Origin: Actinomycetes bacterium
GTDB taxonomy: Bacteria > Actinomycetota > Actinomycetes > Nanopelagicales > Nanopelagicaceae
Reading direction: 5' to 3'
Length of the DNA: 64,000 bases
Assembly: GCA_014190155.1 (NCBI GenBank)
Contig: BJFY01000004.1
Span: 51,569 to 115,568 of the forward strand
Position numbers and translations under genes: made by a program. The notes below the pieces were generated by a model. It was not told the origin of the DNA and searched no databases. It saw only the letters and a list, made by a program, of their open reading frames with translations. The stretch's first letter is position 1; each line of letters opens with the position of its first letter. This document shows, in pieces, positions 18,752 through 29,227 of the stretch.

Positions 18752-20363
18752 CAGTCACCCCCAATTCTGCAATTTCTGAACTCCAAGTGCCGTTGCTGTC
18801 AATTCGTTGATGAATCCGTTTTCCCCATGCTCTAGAAACATTAGGAAAGTCTGCACGCGAATGTGAGCCACGACTTTCACTCCGTTCTAGGGCAGATCTC
18901 ACAATTGCGGTAGCTAAATAGTAAAGATTCGTGGTTTCCCAAGAATCAATATTTGCTTCGTTAGTAGTAAACAGCGCAAGTTTTTGTAAAGTCATTAAAG
19001 TTTCATCTAACGTTTCTTTTGAGCGAACCACTCCAGCACCGCGCGACATCGCTTGTTGTAACGCCGTGCGAATAACTGGGTCTAATAAAATTTCTACGCT
19101 ACTACTTAGTTTTGGCTCACTGAACTTTGGAATCGAAGCTGCAATATTTTCAGCTATCCGAGCGCCAAACACTAAGCCTTCGAGTAGTGAATTTGAAGCC
19201 AACCGATTAGCACCGTGCGCACCAGTACATGCGCTCTCCCCACAAACATAAAGCCCTGGAATTGCACTCCTACCGAATAGATCTACGCTCACGCCACCCG
19301 ATGCGTAGTGCGAAGCCGGCGCTACTGGAATCAAATTGATTGTTGGATTTATGCCATGGTTTAAACATGATTGATAAATTGTTGGGAACCGTTCTGGAAA
19401 ATCTGGAATTTTTGTCGCATCTAACCAAACATGTTTGCTGCCACTGGACAACATCTGTCGGCTAATTTCTTTTGCAACAATGTCACGTGGTGCTAAGTCC
19501 GCAAGTGGGTGTACATTTTTCATAAATGCTTCACCTTTTATATTTTTTAAAATAGCACCTTCGCCGCGTACTGCTTCTGAAATTAGCGGCTGTTGACCAC
19601 GCGATGAATCACCAACCCAGAGTACGGTTGGGTGAAATTGAATAAACTCAACATCTGCTACATCTGCGCCAGCCCGAAGCGCTAACGCAACGCCATCACC
19701 AGTTGAGACTGATGGGTTTGTAGTTTGGGAAAACACTTGGCCAAGCCCACCGGTTGCAATAACAACTGCACGGGCAAGTGCTTGTCCAACACCATCTCTT
19801 GTACCTACCCCGATTACGTGAAGTGTTACGCCGCAAACTTCGCCAGCTTCATTCTTCAAGGCATCAATTACTAAAGCATTTTCTAATACTTCAATTCCAT
19901 TATCATTTTTAACAGCTGCGAGTAGCGCACGAGAAACTTCAGCTCCAGTAGCATCGCCACCTGCGTGCAGAATTCGATTTCGCAAATGGCCACCTTCGCG
20001 AGTAAGCGCAATCTCACCAGTTTCAGAAAGATCGAAAACCGCTCCGCGTGCAATCAGTTTACGAACTGCCTCCGGTCCCTCACTAACTAAAATTTTTACT
20101 GCATTCACATCACAGAGCCCTGCCCCAGCAACCAAAGTATCTTTTTCGTGTTGATCTGGAGTATCACCAGGTCCAAGAGCTGCAGCAATTCCACCTTGCG
20201 CCCATTTAGTTGATCCAGAATCAACTCGCGCTTTAGTAACTAGTAGAACTGAAAGATTATGTGCACGAATTTGTAGAGCGGTTGTTAAGCCCGCAACTCC
20301 AGAACCAATTACTACAACATCAGCGCTCGCACTCCAACCAGGTTTTGCTGCACGCAATTTCAT
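18729..20363 (-). CDS. nadB: L-aspartate oxidase
   Basis: FAD motif VVVIGSGVAGL, HPT motif FIQFHPT, and C-terminal RSESRGSHSRADFP. Confidence 0.9.
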   Translation of the reverse strand: MKLRAAKPGWSASADVVVIGSGVAGLTTALQIRAHNLSVLLVTKARVDSGSTKWAQGGIAAALGPGDTPDQHEKDTLVAGAGLCDVNAVKILVSEGPEAVRKLIARGAVFDLSETGEIALTREGGHLRNRILHAGGDATGAEVSRALLAAVKNDNGIEVLENALVIDALKNEAGEVCGVTLHVIGVGTRDGVGQALARAVVIATGGLGQVFSQTTNPSVSTGDGVALALRAGADVADVEFIQFHPTVLWVGDSSRGQQPLISEAVRGEGAILKNIKGEAFMKNVHPLADLAPRDIVAKEISRQMLSSGSKHVWLDATKIPDFPERFPTIYQSCLNHGINPTINLIPVAPASHYASGGVSVDLFGRSAIPGLYVCGESACTGAHGANRLASNSLLEGLVFGARIAENIAASIPKFSEPKLSSSVEILLDPVIRTALQQAMSRGAGVVRSKETLDETLMTLQKLALFTTNEANIDSWETTNLYYLATAIVRSALERSESRGSHSRADFPNVSRAWGKRIHQRIDSNGTWSSEIAELGVTDVFSATK

Positions 20364-21196
20364 ATCGCTGCCACCTTTGATGCTGAGCGAATATTCTGCA
20401 TGGCCATATTGTCGATTAAACGGATGCCATTAATCCAGCCCGCGATGATCGCGCGCTTATTTCTACTCTCTTCGACCGCCAAGTCGAAGGTCATATCATC
20501 AATAATTTCGGCATAATCTAAAGTGAAACTTGGCTCGCTGCTTAAGGTTGCCAATATTTCTCGCTTCATTTCGGCAATAGTTGGCTGAGATTGGGCAGCT
20601 TGTAAAGACTTAAAAAGTACGGTGGCGTAATTCTTATTTTCAGTTGAAAGCCTAGAGTTTCTAGAAGATAGAGCTAATCCTGATGATTCTCGGAAAGTTT
20701 CGCCACTTAATACTTTAATTGCTGGAAAAAATTCGCTAGCCATTTTTCTAATTAAGAATAGTTGTTGTAAATCTTTTTCACCGAATATTGCCCAGGTAGG
20801 TTCAATCTTTGAAAAAAGCGCATGCACAACGGTTAACACCCCATCGAAATGTCCAGCTCGGTTACCTTCGTAAATTGCGCCAACCCCACCTGACGAAATT
20901 TTGGTTATGCCGTTAGGGTAAAGCTCAGATTGATTTGGCCGCCACAAGATTGTGGTACCGGCCGCCGCCGCTAATTCTTCATCAATTTCCGGTGAACTTG
21001 GATATCTATTTAAATCTTCTTGGTTTTCGAATTGCAACGGGTTGACATAAACGCTCACTATTACATTTTCCGAAACTTCACGTGCTTTTTTTATCAGCGA
21101 CTGATGTCCCGCATGCAAAGCTCCCATGGTCGGCACAAACGCAATTGGCTGGATTAATGCGCGCGAAAGTTCAGTGGCGCTCTCAATAACTTTCAT
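20360..21196 (-). CDS. panC: Pantoate--beta-alanine ligase
   Basis: PTMGALHAGHQSLI motif. I prefer the ATG at 21196 (MKVIE...), preceded by GGAG. The track ORF extends to a TTG at 21247. Its stop overlaps the nadB start (ATGA). Confidence 0.9.
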   Translation of the reverse strand: MKVIESATELSRALIQPIAFVPTMGALHAGHQSLIKKAREVSENVIVSVYVNPLQFENQEDLNRYPSSPEIDEELAAAAGTTILWRPNQSELYPNGITKISSGGVGAIYEGNRAGHFDGVLTVVHALFSKIEPTWAIFGEKDLQQLFLIRKMASEFFPAIKVLSGETFRESSGLALSSRNSRLSTENKNYATVLFKSLQAAQSQPTIAEMKREILATLSSEPSFTLDYAEIIDDMTFDLAVEESRNKRAIIAGWINGIRLIDNMAMQNIRSASKVAAI

Positions 21197-21247
21197 TTTA
21201 GGCTCCAGTCCTTTCGGGGTACCGGGCAGTGTGAAAAGTCTACCCAA

Positions 21248-21694
21248 TTAATGCAGGGCAGCCAACAACTTTTTTATTTCACCATGCCCAGGAAGTACGC
21301 CGTCAACATCGATGCTCGCCCAAGGTTCAAGCACAAAGGCGCGTAAGTGCGCCCGTGGGTGCGGCAACGTTAATTCCACAGTGTCAAGAAAGATTTCGCC
21401 GTAAGAAATTAAATCAAGATCTATCGTTCTCGCCGCATTCTGGATCGAACGTTCCCGGCCACCCATTTTCTCAATTCTCTGTAATAAATGCAGTAAATCA
21501 AGGGGTTTCATCTCGGTATGCGCGATCAGAACCCCGTTGAAATATTTCGGTTGGCCAGGCGCATCGACTGGTTCTGTCTCAATAAATTTTGATACCGAAA
21601 TTACAAAAAGCTCTTTAGTTATTTCTATTACCGCATTTTCTAATTGAGAAACTGGGTCACCCAAATTAGCGCCGAGTGCGATGACTGCCTTCAT
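21248..21694 (-). CDS. folK: 2-amino-4-hydroxy-6-hydroxymethyldihydropteridine diphosphokinase
   Basis: ALGANLGD, RTIDLDL and LPHPRAH motifs. Confidence 0.9.
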   Translation of the reverse strand: MKAVIALGANLGDPVSQLENAVIEITKELFVISVSKFIETEPVDAPGQPKYFNGVLIAHTEMKPLDLLHLLQRIEKMGGRERSIQNAARTIDLDLISYGEIFLDTVELTLPHPRAHLRAFVLEPWASIDVDGVLPGHGEIKKLLAALH

Positions 21695-22053
21695 CGTGAA
21701 CGTTGAATTGTTACTGAGATATCTAGAAATGGAGTGGCAATCGGTGCTTCCGGCTTATGGATCGTTACATGTACTCCGTTAGCTAATTGGTAAACCACAA
21801 GTATGGCTGAGGCAATCTTCTCAGCAAGAGTTTCAAGTAATTGCACCGATTCTCCGATTATGAATTCATGAACTAACTCAGCAACTTCTGCATAATTTAT
21901 CGTCTTTGTTAAATCATCCGATTCACCTGCTGCGCGCGTGCTTAGCAAAATTGTTACATCCGCAGAAAAGTTTTGTCCGACACTTCTTTCACTTTCTAGT
22001 ACACCATGGTAACCAAACCCGGATATGCCAGTTATCTTAATTTGATCACTCAT
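21691..22053 (-). CDS. folB: Dihydroneopterin aldolase
   Basis: 120 aa, GYHGVLESERSVGQNF motif, position between folP and folK. Confidence 0.85.
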   Translation of the reverse strand: MSDQIKITGISGFGYHGVLESERSVGQNFSADVTILLSTRAAGESDDLTKTINYAEVAELVHEFIIGESVQLLETLAEKIASAILVVYQLANGVHVTIHKPEAPIATPFLDISVTIQRSR

Positions 22054-22859
22054 TTGATTCTTTCCATTGCGTTTACTGTTGCTATTGCATCTTTATGTGG
22101 TTTTACAGTATGAGTACGAACTCCCCAGAGGCCAGTTTTCGCTACTAAAGAAGTAATTGCAATAGAAGCTGCTTCACGATCATCCGGATTAGTAGTTTTG
22201 GTCAACTCACCCAAAAATTTCTTACGAGAAGCGCCGATTAATATCGGGAAGCCAAGTAAAGCCAGTCGATCTAGATTTCGGAGAATTTCCCAATTATGTT
22301 CGCCGGTCTTCGCAAAACCCAAACCCGGATCGATTATTAATTGATCTGGATCAGCACCAGCAGAAATGAACGTATCAATTCGATCTTGTAACTCATCTTT
22401 AACTTCACGGACCACATCTTTGTAAGCAGCTAAATCCTGCATGTTTTTAGAGTGCGCCCGCCAATGCATGGCAATATATTGAATTTGTGGGTTGGCCACG
22501 ACCGTTTTAACCATATCGGGATCGGCTAAACCACCACTGACATCATTTATATAAGTGGCGCCGGCCAGAATTGCTTCATTCGCTATTTTTGCACGCATTG
22601 TGTCAATGCTTATCACCGCACCTAATTTCTTAAGTTCAGCGATGACTGGCATTACTCGATTTCGTTCTTCCACTTCAGTAATTCTCTCCGCGCCGGGACG
22701 AGTTGATTCACCACCAACATCAATTATTTCTGCGCCTTCAGCAATCATACTTTCGCCGCGATTAATAGCATCTACAAAATTAAAATGTCGACCACCATCG
22801 GCAAATGAATCTGGTGTTATGTTAAGAATTCCCATCACAATTGTTGGGTTCGTATTCAT
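22050..22859 (-). CDS. folP: Dihydropteroate synthase
   Basis: MGILNITPDSFADGG N-terminal motif and pterin-binding barrel length. Confidence 0.9.
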   Translation of the reverse strand: MNTNPTIVMGILNITPDSFADGGRHFNFVDAINRGESMIAEGAEIIDVGGESTRPGAERITEVEERNRVMPVIAELKKLGAVISIDTMRAKIANEAILAGATYINDVSGGLADPDMVKTVVANPQIQYIAMHWRAHSKNMQDLAAYKDVVREVKDELQDRIDTFISAGADPDQLIIDPGLGFAKTGEHNWEILRNLDRLALLGFPILIGASRKKFLGELTKTTNPDDREAASIAITSLVAKTGLWGVRTHTVKPHKDAIATVNAMERIK

Positions 22860-22866
22860 TGAGCTA

Positions 22867-23484
22867 TTACCTAGTCGTTATTAAAGACATCGCTTCAGCA
22901 CGAGTTGCCGGATCTCGTAATTGACCACGTACTGCACTAGTTGTGGTTCGCGCTTGCGCCTTTTTTACACCGCGCATAGACATACATAAGTGTTCGCAAT
23001 CTATAATCACAATCACGCCAGCTGGTTCTAAAATTTCCATCATTGAATCTGCAATTTGCGCAGTAAGTCGTTCTTGAACTTGTGGCCTTTTGGAATATAA
23101 ATCAACTAATCTCGCAAGTTTTGAGAGTCCAGTAATTCGTCCACTTTCGCCAGGGATATAACCGATATGCGCTACGCCATGAAATGGCGTTAGGTGGTGT
23201 TCGCAATGGGAAAAAATCTCGATATCTCGAACAATTACTAGTTCCCGATGACCTAAATCAAAAGTTGTGGAAAGTACATCGCGTGGATCTTGCCAAAGCC
23301 CTTCAAAGTTTTCTTTTAATGCACGCGCTACTCGAGCTGGGGTGTCGCGTAACCCATCACGATTTGGGTCTTCACCAAGTGCGATTAATAGCTCAGTAAT
23401 AGCGCGTTCAGCACGGGCTTGATCAAATTCGGCTTTGGCACGGCCTTCATTTGGACCCATTCCAAACCCATTAATTTCACTCAT
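22867..23484 (-). CDS. folE: GTP cyclohydrolase I
   Basis: [10 protein letters not shown] zinc/active-site motif. Confidence 0.95.
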   Translation of the reverse strand: MSEINGFGMGPNEGRAKAEFDQARAERAITELLIALGEDPNRDGLRDTPARVARALKENFEGLWQDPRDVLSTTFDLGHRELVIVRDIEIFSHCEHHLTPFHGVAHIGYIPGESGRITGLSKLARLVDLYSKRPQVQERLTAQIADSMMEILEPAGVIVIIDCEHLCMSMRGVKKAQARTTTSAVRGQLRDPATRAEAMSLITTR

Positions 23485-25535
23485 TACGCGCTCGGACTCT
23501 TCTTCCGCGGTTTAACTTCTTTTACTTCTACAACTTCCTTAACTTTTTCTACTTTTGGCTTCATTGATACTGGTGGAATAGTCGAAGGTTTGCGAAGCGC
23601 TGACCCGGTCCAAGCTGGACGATTTGGTTTAGCAACTACGCTTTTAAAAATTGCCACAATCTCTTCTTTATTTAAAGTTTCCTTTTCCAGCAATACTTCA
23701 ACAAGTTCGTCAAGTATCACGCGATTTTGTACCAACACTTCAAATGCTTCTTGATGTGCATTCTCAATCAAGTTTCTTATTTCTTGATCAACAATTCCAG
23801 CAATACTTTCAGAGTAATCACGTTGGTGTCCGTAGTCTCGACCCATAAATGGCGCAGATTCGGAGTTTCCTAATTTTATAGCACCAAGACGTTCAGTCAT
23901 TCCATATATTGTTACCATGGCGCGAGCCAGCGCCGTAGCTTTTTCAATATCGTTAGATGCGCCAGTTGTTGGATCGTGGAAAACTAATTCTTCCGCTGCA
24001 CGTCCACCCATCGTGTAAGCCAACTGATCTAACATTTGATTCCGGGTTGTTGAATACTTATCCTCATCAGGCAAAACCATGGTGTAACCGAGCGCACGAC
24101 CACGCGGCATTATTGTGATTTTATGAACTGAATCTGTGTGTGGCAACGCATATGCAACTAACGCGTGACCACCTTCATGATAAGCCGTAACTCTTCGTTC
24201 TTCTTCGCTCATTAATCGGCTCTTGCGTTGTGGACCTGCCATAACGCGATCGATTGCTTCATCTAGTGAATCATTTGTGATTAATTTTTCATTTTGGCGA
24301 GCCGTTAACAACGCAGCCTCGTTTAATACGTTTGCAAGATCTGCGCCGGTAAATCCAGGGGTTCGGCGGGCAAAGCCAAGTAAATCAACGTTTTCTGCCA
24401 GGGGTTTGCCTTTCGCATGTACTTGTAAAATCGCTTCACGGCCTTTTAAGTCAGGGCGATCTATCCCAATCTGACGATCAAATCGACCTGGCCGCAGTAG
24501 CGCTGGATCCAAAATGTCAGGGCGGTTTGTTGCGGCAATTAAAATTACTGAACCGTTTGCCTCAAAGCCATCCATCTCCACTAAAAGTTGGTTGAGTGTT
24601 TGTTCGCGCTCATCATGCCCGCCGCCCATCCCAGCGCCGCGATGACGACCAACCGCATCAATTTCATCTACGAAAACAATTGCAGGTGCATTTGCTTTAG
24701 CTTGTGTAAATAAATCACGCACTCGTGCAGCACCAACACCAACAAACATTTCTACAAAATCAGAACCCGAGATTGAGTAAAAAGGTACTTTAGCTTCACC
24801 GGCAACAGCGCGGGCCAATAAAGTTTTTCCGGTTCCGGGTGGGCCGTATAGAAGTACACCTTTAGGAATTTTTGCGCCGATTTCTTCATACTTCTTGGGT
24901 TCGGCTAAGAAGTCTTTAATCTCACGGAGCTCTGCGACTGCTTCATCTGCTCCGGCTACATCTGCAAATGTAGTTTTAGGCGCATCATTAGATTGTAACT
25001 TGGCGCGCGAACGACCAAATGAGAAAACTCTGGAGCCACCTTGGGATTGCCCCATTAGGAAGAAGATAATAAATGCAATTAAAAGAATTGGGCCGAGGGA
25101 GAATAAAATTGATATCAAAATATTTGTGGTTGGAACTTTTACATTCCAATTACTTGGCGGTGGATTGCTGGTTAACAACTCAACAATTAAAGGTTCTTGT
25201 CGGGTTACGTATGAGGCTTCTACTTTTGTAGCGCCCTTAATTGCCTTGCCTGGCTTGAGTATTGCGCGGATTAATTGGTCGCGATCAACCAGGATTGCTG
25301 ATTCAACATCATTATTTGAAATCGCTGCTAAGACTGCTGATGTATCAACTTTAGTAAATTGATTTCCGCTACTTGAGATTTGGCCAAGGATTGAAACTCC
25401 AATTATGGCAAGCAGAATCCAAAAGAGTGGGCGACGCGTAGCTTTACGAAATCGATTGCCATCTGGAAGTTTAGAAACCTTCTTAATTGATGGCTTCTTA
25501 CTCTTCTTTTCTTTTGTAGCTTTCTTTTTGCTCAT
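23484..25535 (-). CDS. ftsH: ATP-dependent zinc metalloprotease FtsH
   Basis: Walker [19 protein letters not shown], zinc motif HEGGHAL, two N-terminal TM segments. Lys-rich N- and C-terminal tails. Confidence 0.95.
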   Translation of the reverse strand: MSKKKATKEKKSKKPSIKKVSKLPDGNRFRKATRRPLFWILLAIIGVSILGQISSSGNQFTKVDTSAVLAAISNNDVESAILVDRDQLIRAILKPGKAIKGATKVEASYVTRQEPLIVELLTSNPPPSNWNVKVPTTNILISILFSLGPILLIAFIIFFLMGQSQGGSRVFSFGRSRAKLQSNDAPKTTFADVAGADEAVAELREIKDFLAEPKKYEEIGAKIPKGVLLYGPPGTGKTLLARAVAGEAKVPFYSISGSDFVEMFVGVGAARVRDLFTQAKANAPAIVFVDEIDAVGRHRGAGMGGGHDEREQTLNQLLVEMDGFEANGSVILIAATNRPDILDPALLRPGRFDRQIGIDRPDLKGREAILQVHAKGKPLAENVDLLGFARRTPGFTGADLANVLNEAALLTARQNEKLITNDSLDEAIDRVMAGPQRKSRLMSEEERRVTAYHEGGHALVAYALPHTDSVHKITIMPRGRALGYTMVLPDEDKYSTTRNQMLDQLAYTMGGRAAEELVFHDPTTGASNDIEKATALARAMVTIYGMTERLGAIKLGNSESAPFMGRDYGHQRDYSESIAGIVDQEIRNLIENAHQEAFEVLVQNRVILDELVEVLLEKETLNKEEIVAIFKSVVAKPNRPAWTGSALRKPSTIPPVSMKPKVEKVKEVVEVKEVKPRKKSPSA

Positions 25536-25565
25536 TTTTTCTTTCTCTTTAATTGGGGATAATAA

Positions 25566-26117
25566 TTAGGTGTACATGTGCTTAGCAAGCACACCAATAA
25601 AAGGTAAGTTTCGATATTTTTCATTAAAATCCAAACCGTAACCAACTACAAAGTCAGGTGGAATATCAAAGCCGACATATTTAACAATTACCTCAACTTT
25701 TGCAGCCGTTGGCTTTCTTAAAATTGAGAGAATATCAACGCTTTTTGCACCTCGCGACTCTAGGTTTGATTTCAACCATGAAAGTGTTAATCCAGTATCA
25801 ACAATGTCTTCGATAATTAGAACTTCTCGCCCAGTGATATCACGATCTAAATCTTTAAGAATTCTTACTACGCCACTAGATTTAGTGCCAGAGCCATATG
25901 AAGAAACTGCCATCCAGTCCATATCTACATGGCGTTGCATATTTCGTGAAAGATCAGCCATTGCCATAATTGCACCTTTTAAAACCCCAACAAGTAATAG
26001 GTCTCGATCTTTGTAATCTGAAGTTACTTGTGCAGCCAATTCTTTGATTCGTTGCTGCAGATCTGCTTCAGAAACAATCACTCGTTCAACATCGTTACCT
26101 ACCGCTACTAAATCCAC
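25566..26117 (-). CDS. hpt: Hypoxanthine phosphoribosyltransferase
   Basis: PRPP loop VLIIEDIVDTGLTL and VGYGLDF motif. GTG 26117, preceded by GAGGAG, avoids overlap with tilS. The track ORF starts at TTG 26177. Confidence 0.9.
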   Translation of the reverse strand: MDLVAVGNDVERVIVSEADLQQRIKELAAQVTSDYKDRDLLLVGVLKGAIMAMADLSRNMQRHVDMDWMAVSSYGSGTKSSGVVRILKDLDRDITGREVLIIEDIVDTGLTLSWLKSNLESRGAKSVDILSILRKPTAAKVEVIVKYVGFDIPPDFVVGYGLDFNEKYRNLPFIGVLAKHMYT

Positions 26118-26133
26118 TTGCTCCTCGTTTCGT

Positions 26134-27126
26134 TTATCCCTCGCGCAAGAGCGAAAGTCTGCCCGAAATTCGAGCAACCTTCACACCACCCGGAAGTGAG
26201 CTCGCTCCTTGGCCGTGCCACGCGGAAATCAGGGCCTCAATTGGATCAATATGCTCGGAAGTGAGCGATCCAGCTGGTGCACCAACGGCATAAATCGCCA
26301 TCCGAAGAATTCGAGTCCGAATCGCTCTTGGGAGTTTGGCCAACTCCGTAACATCTAAATCTTTTGGGTCAAACTTTGAAAACTCTAAAACCGCCAAACC
26401 ATCCAAGGCATCGGCGTCATCCCGAAGTAATCGAGCTGACCTAACCAGCGCTTCCGCAACTCCGGGGCCAATCTCTTTCTCTAAATTAGGCATTACATTT
26501 TCTCGAACTCGTACTCGAGTAAATTTTTCATTTGTATTGTGTGGATCTTGCCAAGAAATTAAATCCCACTCAGCACAAGCCGCAACTGTTTGGGCTCTTG
26601 TAATTGTAAGTAACGGTCTAACAAAAATTCCATTTACACCGGCCATCCCAGATAAAGATCGAGTTCCAGAACCGCGCGCAAGTCCAAGTAAAACTGTTTC
26701 TGCTTGATCATCTTTGGTATGACCCAAAAAGAAAACTTTTGACTTTAATTCTTCCGCTAACTTATTAAACGCTTCGTATCTTGCTCTTCTTGCCGAAGCT
26801 TCAATTCCATCAGTAACTGCTACTTGAATTTTTAAAATTCTAATATCGCTGAAGCCAATTTTTACTAACTGTAATTTTGCATTATTAGAGACTTTATCAG
26901 AATTTTCTTGTAACCCATGGTCGATAATTACGGCTACAAGTTGTAAAGCTTTTTCCGCTGATTCTAAAAATAAACCAGATGCAAGCGCAAGTGAATCAGT
27001 ACCGCCAGAAACACCAACTAAAATTCGATCTCCAGCACTTGCAGATGTCAGAGCGCCACGAATCGCGCTACGGATTGCAGCGCTGCTATTGGCTCCCATA
27101 TGGAGAAGGTTAGACCCGACCTCCAT
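26134..27126 (-). CDS. tilS: tRNA(Ile)-lysidine synthase
   Basis: PP-loop VGVSGGTDSLAL. Position upstream of hpt-ftsH as in other actinobacteria. The start could be ATG 27126 or ATG 27099. Confidence 0.85.
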   Translation of the reverse strand: MEVGSNLLHMGANSSAAIRSAIRGALTSASAGDRILVGVSGGTDSLALASGLFLESAEKALQLVAVIIDHGLQENSDKVSNNAKLQLVKIGFSDIRILKIQVAVTDGIEASARRARYEAFNKLAEELKSKVFFLGHTKDDQAETVLLGLARGSGTRSLSGMAGVNGIFVRPLLTITRAQTVAACAEWDLISWQDPHNTNEKFTRVRVRENVMPNLEKEIGPGVAEALVRSARLLRDDADALDGLAVLEFSKFDPKDLDVTELAKLPRAIRTRILRMAIYAVGAPAGSLTSEHIDPIEALISAWHGQGASSLPGGVKVARISGRLSLLREG

Positions 27127-28327
27127 ATGGCATTAACCCATTAACGCTGTAAATGCTGGAGAAGAGCAAGCCTTTGCTCTTGGAATTGGCTTCCCACATC
27201 ATTCCATTTCCCGCATAGATCGAGATGTGGTGAATTGTGTTCACGGTTCCTTTATATGAATAGAAAAGCAAGTCACCGGGAACTAATTGACTCAACGGAA
27301 TATGTTTTGTTGTGCTGAAATAGAGTGAAGAGTTCAAACGGTCCCAATTTGGCCAACCTAGTCCTGCGCTTCGATATGCAGCGAAAACTAATCCAGAACA
27401 GTCAAAGGAATTCGGGCCTTCACTTCCCCAGATATAAGGCTTCCGCGCTTGTACTTGTTTTTTAGCAAACTCAACTGCTTTCAATCGTTGCGCCTCGGTA
27501 GATCTAACAATTGCCTTAGTCGGGAACCCAATATCTGGCCAAACTTTGGATTGATTAATTGTTTGTTCTGCTTGATTAGCATTTGCTTCTTCTAATAAAG
27601 CTAGTTGGCGTTGTTGTTCGAGAGTTACTCGAACTCTCTTTGCTGAAGCTAGCTCTCTTAATAATTTATCTTGGACGGCTTGCAACTTATTTACTTCTTT
27701 TTGTTGATCGGCTCGCGCAGATTCTGCTAATTTCTTTGCAGCCGCAACTTTTTCAGTAGCAACTTGTTGAGCAGCTTTTGCGTCGTCAGCTTCTTTCTTT
27801 GCAGCCTGTGCAACTACTTCGGCAGCTTTGTAGCGCTTAAGTGCAGTTGAATTGTTTGTGCCTAAAGTGTCTAGCGCAGATAATCGATCCATTAAATCTT
27901 GTGGGCCATCTGCATGTAGCAATGAATCTAAATCTGTAAAACCACTACCCATTATGTAGGCATTGGCAGCAAGTTTTCCAATGATGCGATGTGCTGAGTC
28001 AACTGCAAGCGAAGCTAATCGATAATGTTCCGCAGCGATATTTGAGATTTTAATTGCAACTGCCAATTCATTCTGAGCCTTTACATATTTTGCTTGCGCT
28101 GCAGCTGCGATGGCGCTTAATTGTCTAAGGGTCTTATTAGCTTTATCTAAAATTGCAGCGGCCTTATCCGCATCTGCTTTCTTCGCGGCTTCTGCTTTCT
28201 TCGCGGCAGCAATTTCAGCAAGAGTTGGTTTTGGTGTAGCTGCGAACGCGGCCGTAGCGGATGTCGCTAATAGAAAGGAGAGCCCAAACGCAACCGCACG
28301 GTTACGAGAACTCATATTACGCTTCAC
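27110..28327 (-). CDS. Secreted NlpC/P60 peptidoglycan endopeptidase with N-terminal coiled coil (RipA-like)
   Basis: Signal peptide. Long Ala/Lys/Gln-rich coiled-coil region. C-terminal NlpC/P60 with catalytic FDCSGLV and HHISIYAGNG. GTG start preceded by AGGGGGA. Confidence 0.8.
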   Translation of the reverse strand: MKRNMSSRNRAVAFGLSFLLATSATAAFAATPKPTLAEIAAAKKAEAAKKADADKAAAILDKANKTLRQLSAIAAAAQAKYVKAQNELAVAIKISNIAAEHYRLASLAVDSAHRIIGKLAANAYIMGSGFTDLDSLLHADGPQDLMDRLSALDTLGTNNSTALKRYKAAEVVAQAAKKEADDAKAAQQVATEKVAAAKKLAESARADQQKEVNKLQAVQDKLLRELASAKRVRVTLEQQRQLALLEEANANQAEQTINQSKVWPDIGFPTKAIVRSTEAQRLKAVEFAKKQVQARKPYIWGSEGPNSFDCSGLVFAAYRSAGLGWPNWDRLNSSLYFSTTKHIPLSQLVPGDLLFYSYKGTVNTIHHISIYAGNGMMWEANSKSKGLLFSSIYSVNGLMPYGGRV

Positions 28328-28426
28328 AAAATCCCCCTAGGGAAGTTCGGGTGGGGTATGCACTTGGTTAAGAATAAATCAGCACAAGCTATTTACTTAG
28401 GAAATGCGTTAAATCTGAGCCCGTGT

Positions 28427-29227
28427 CTAGTTAGAAACATCTCTCCGTTTAAATAATCCCGCGGCAACTAGCGCGCCAAATATTACATAAGCAGCCCCAA
28501 CAATAAGTGCGTGTTTATATTCTAAAGTTGGCGTTCCGCCTTGGGCGATTGCGGATAAGTTTGAACCCGGCAGCCATTTTTCAGTGTTGGATTTCACCGC
28601 TACCAATAAGTTCTCCACAATTAATAGCCAGAGTACGCCAAGTGAAATTGCGCTGATTGGTGATCTAAATAATAGTCCGAGAATCATTCCCACAATTCCA
28701 AAACCAATTACTGAAATAATCACGTTTATAAAAGTTTCTAAAATTGCGCTTTTGCCAGCAGCGCTAAACCAAAGATCGGTATTAACTTTGGCGCGTGGCG
28801 CAAGTAATATGGAAGCTGAAATGCTTACTAGCGCAGCAAGAACTACCATGATAATTGCGAATATTTTCATCGCAGCTAATTTTCCTACTAAAATTTTCAT
28901 TCTAGAAGGTTGGCGGACCAATAAGTTTCGCAATGTGCCGTATGTGTATTCTTGCGCGGTCTGCGCCGCAAAAACACAGAGCGCGATAATTCCCAGAAAA
29001 GATCCAACGCTTGCAAAACCCCGAACCCCACCAGTTGGCAATGCCAGAATTTCGCGGCCAATCATCCGACCCCGATCTCCATTTCCTTGAGGCGAATCAA
29101 TTAAAAGAAAAAGTAATGAGGAGAATAGTCCGCTAAAAAATATTACTGCTCCCATAGTTCCAAGAAAGAGCGAAGGTCTTCGTAATTTACGGAGTTCTGA
29201 GAAAGTTACATGCCACATATCACTCAC
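28427..29227 (-). CDS. ABC-2 type transporter permease
   Basis: 266 aa with six hydrophobic segments. 8-nt overlap with the upstream ATPase gene. Confidence 0.75.
   Translation of the reverse strand: MSDMWHVTFSELRKLRRPSLFLGTMGAVIFFSGLFSSLLFLLIDSPQGNGDRGRMIGREILALPTGGVRGFASVGSFLGIIALCVFAAQTAQEYTYGTLRNLLVRQPSRMKILVGKLAAMKIFAIIMVVLAALVSISASILLAPRAKVNTDLWFSAAGKSAILETFINVIISVIGFGIVGMILGLLFRSPISAISLGVLWLLIVENLLVAVKSNTEKWLPGSNLSAIAQGGTPTLEYKHALIVGAAYVIFGALVAAGLFKRRDVSN

Noticed and set aside
28328-28426. Possible ydaO-type c-di-AMP riboswitch upstream of the NlpC/P60 (RipA-like) hydrolase gene, as seen for some actinobacterial wall hydrolases.
   Set aside because: The spacer is only 99 nt. Beyond a CCCGAAC-like fragment I cannot find the conserved helices or pseudo-twofold motif. 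A covariance-model search would be needed, so it is not claimed.
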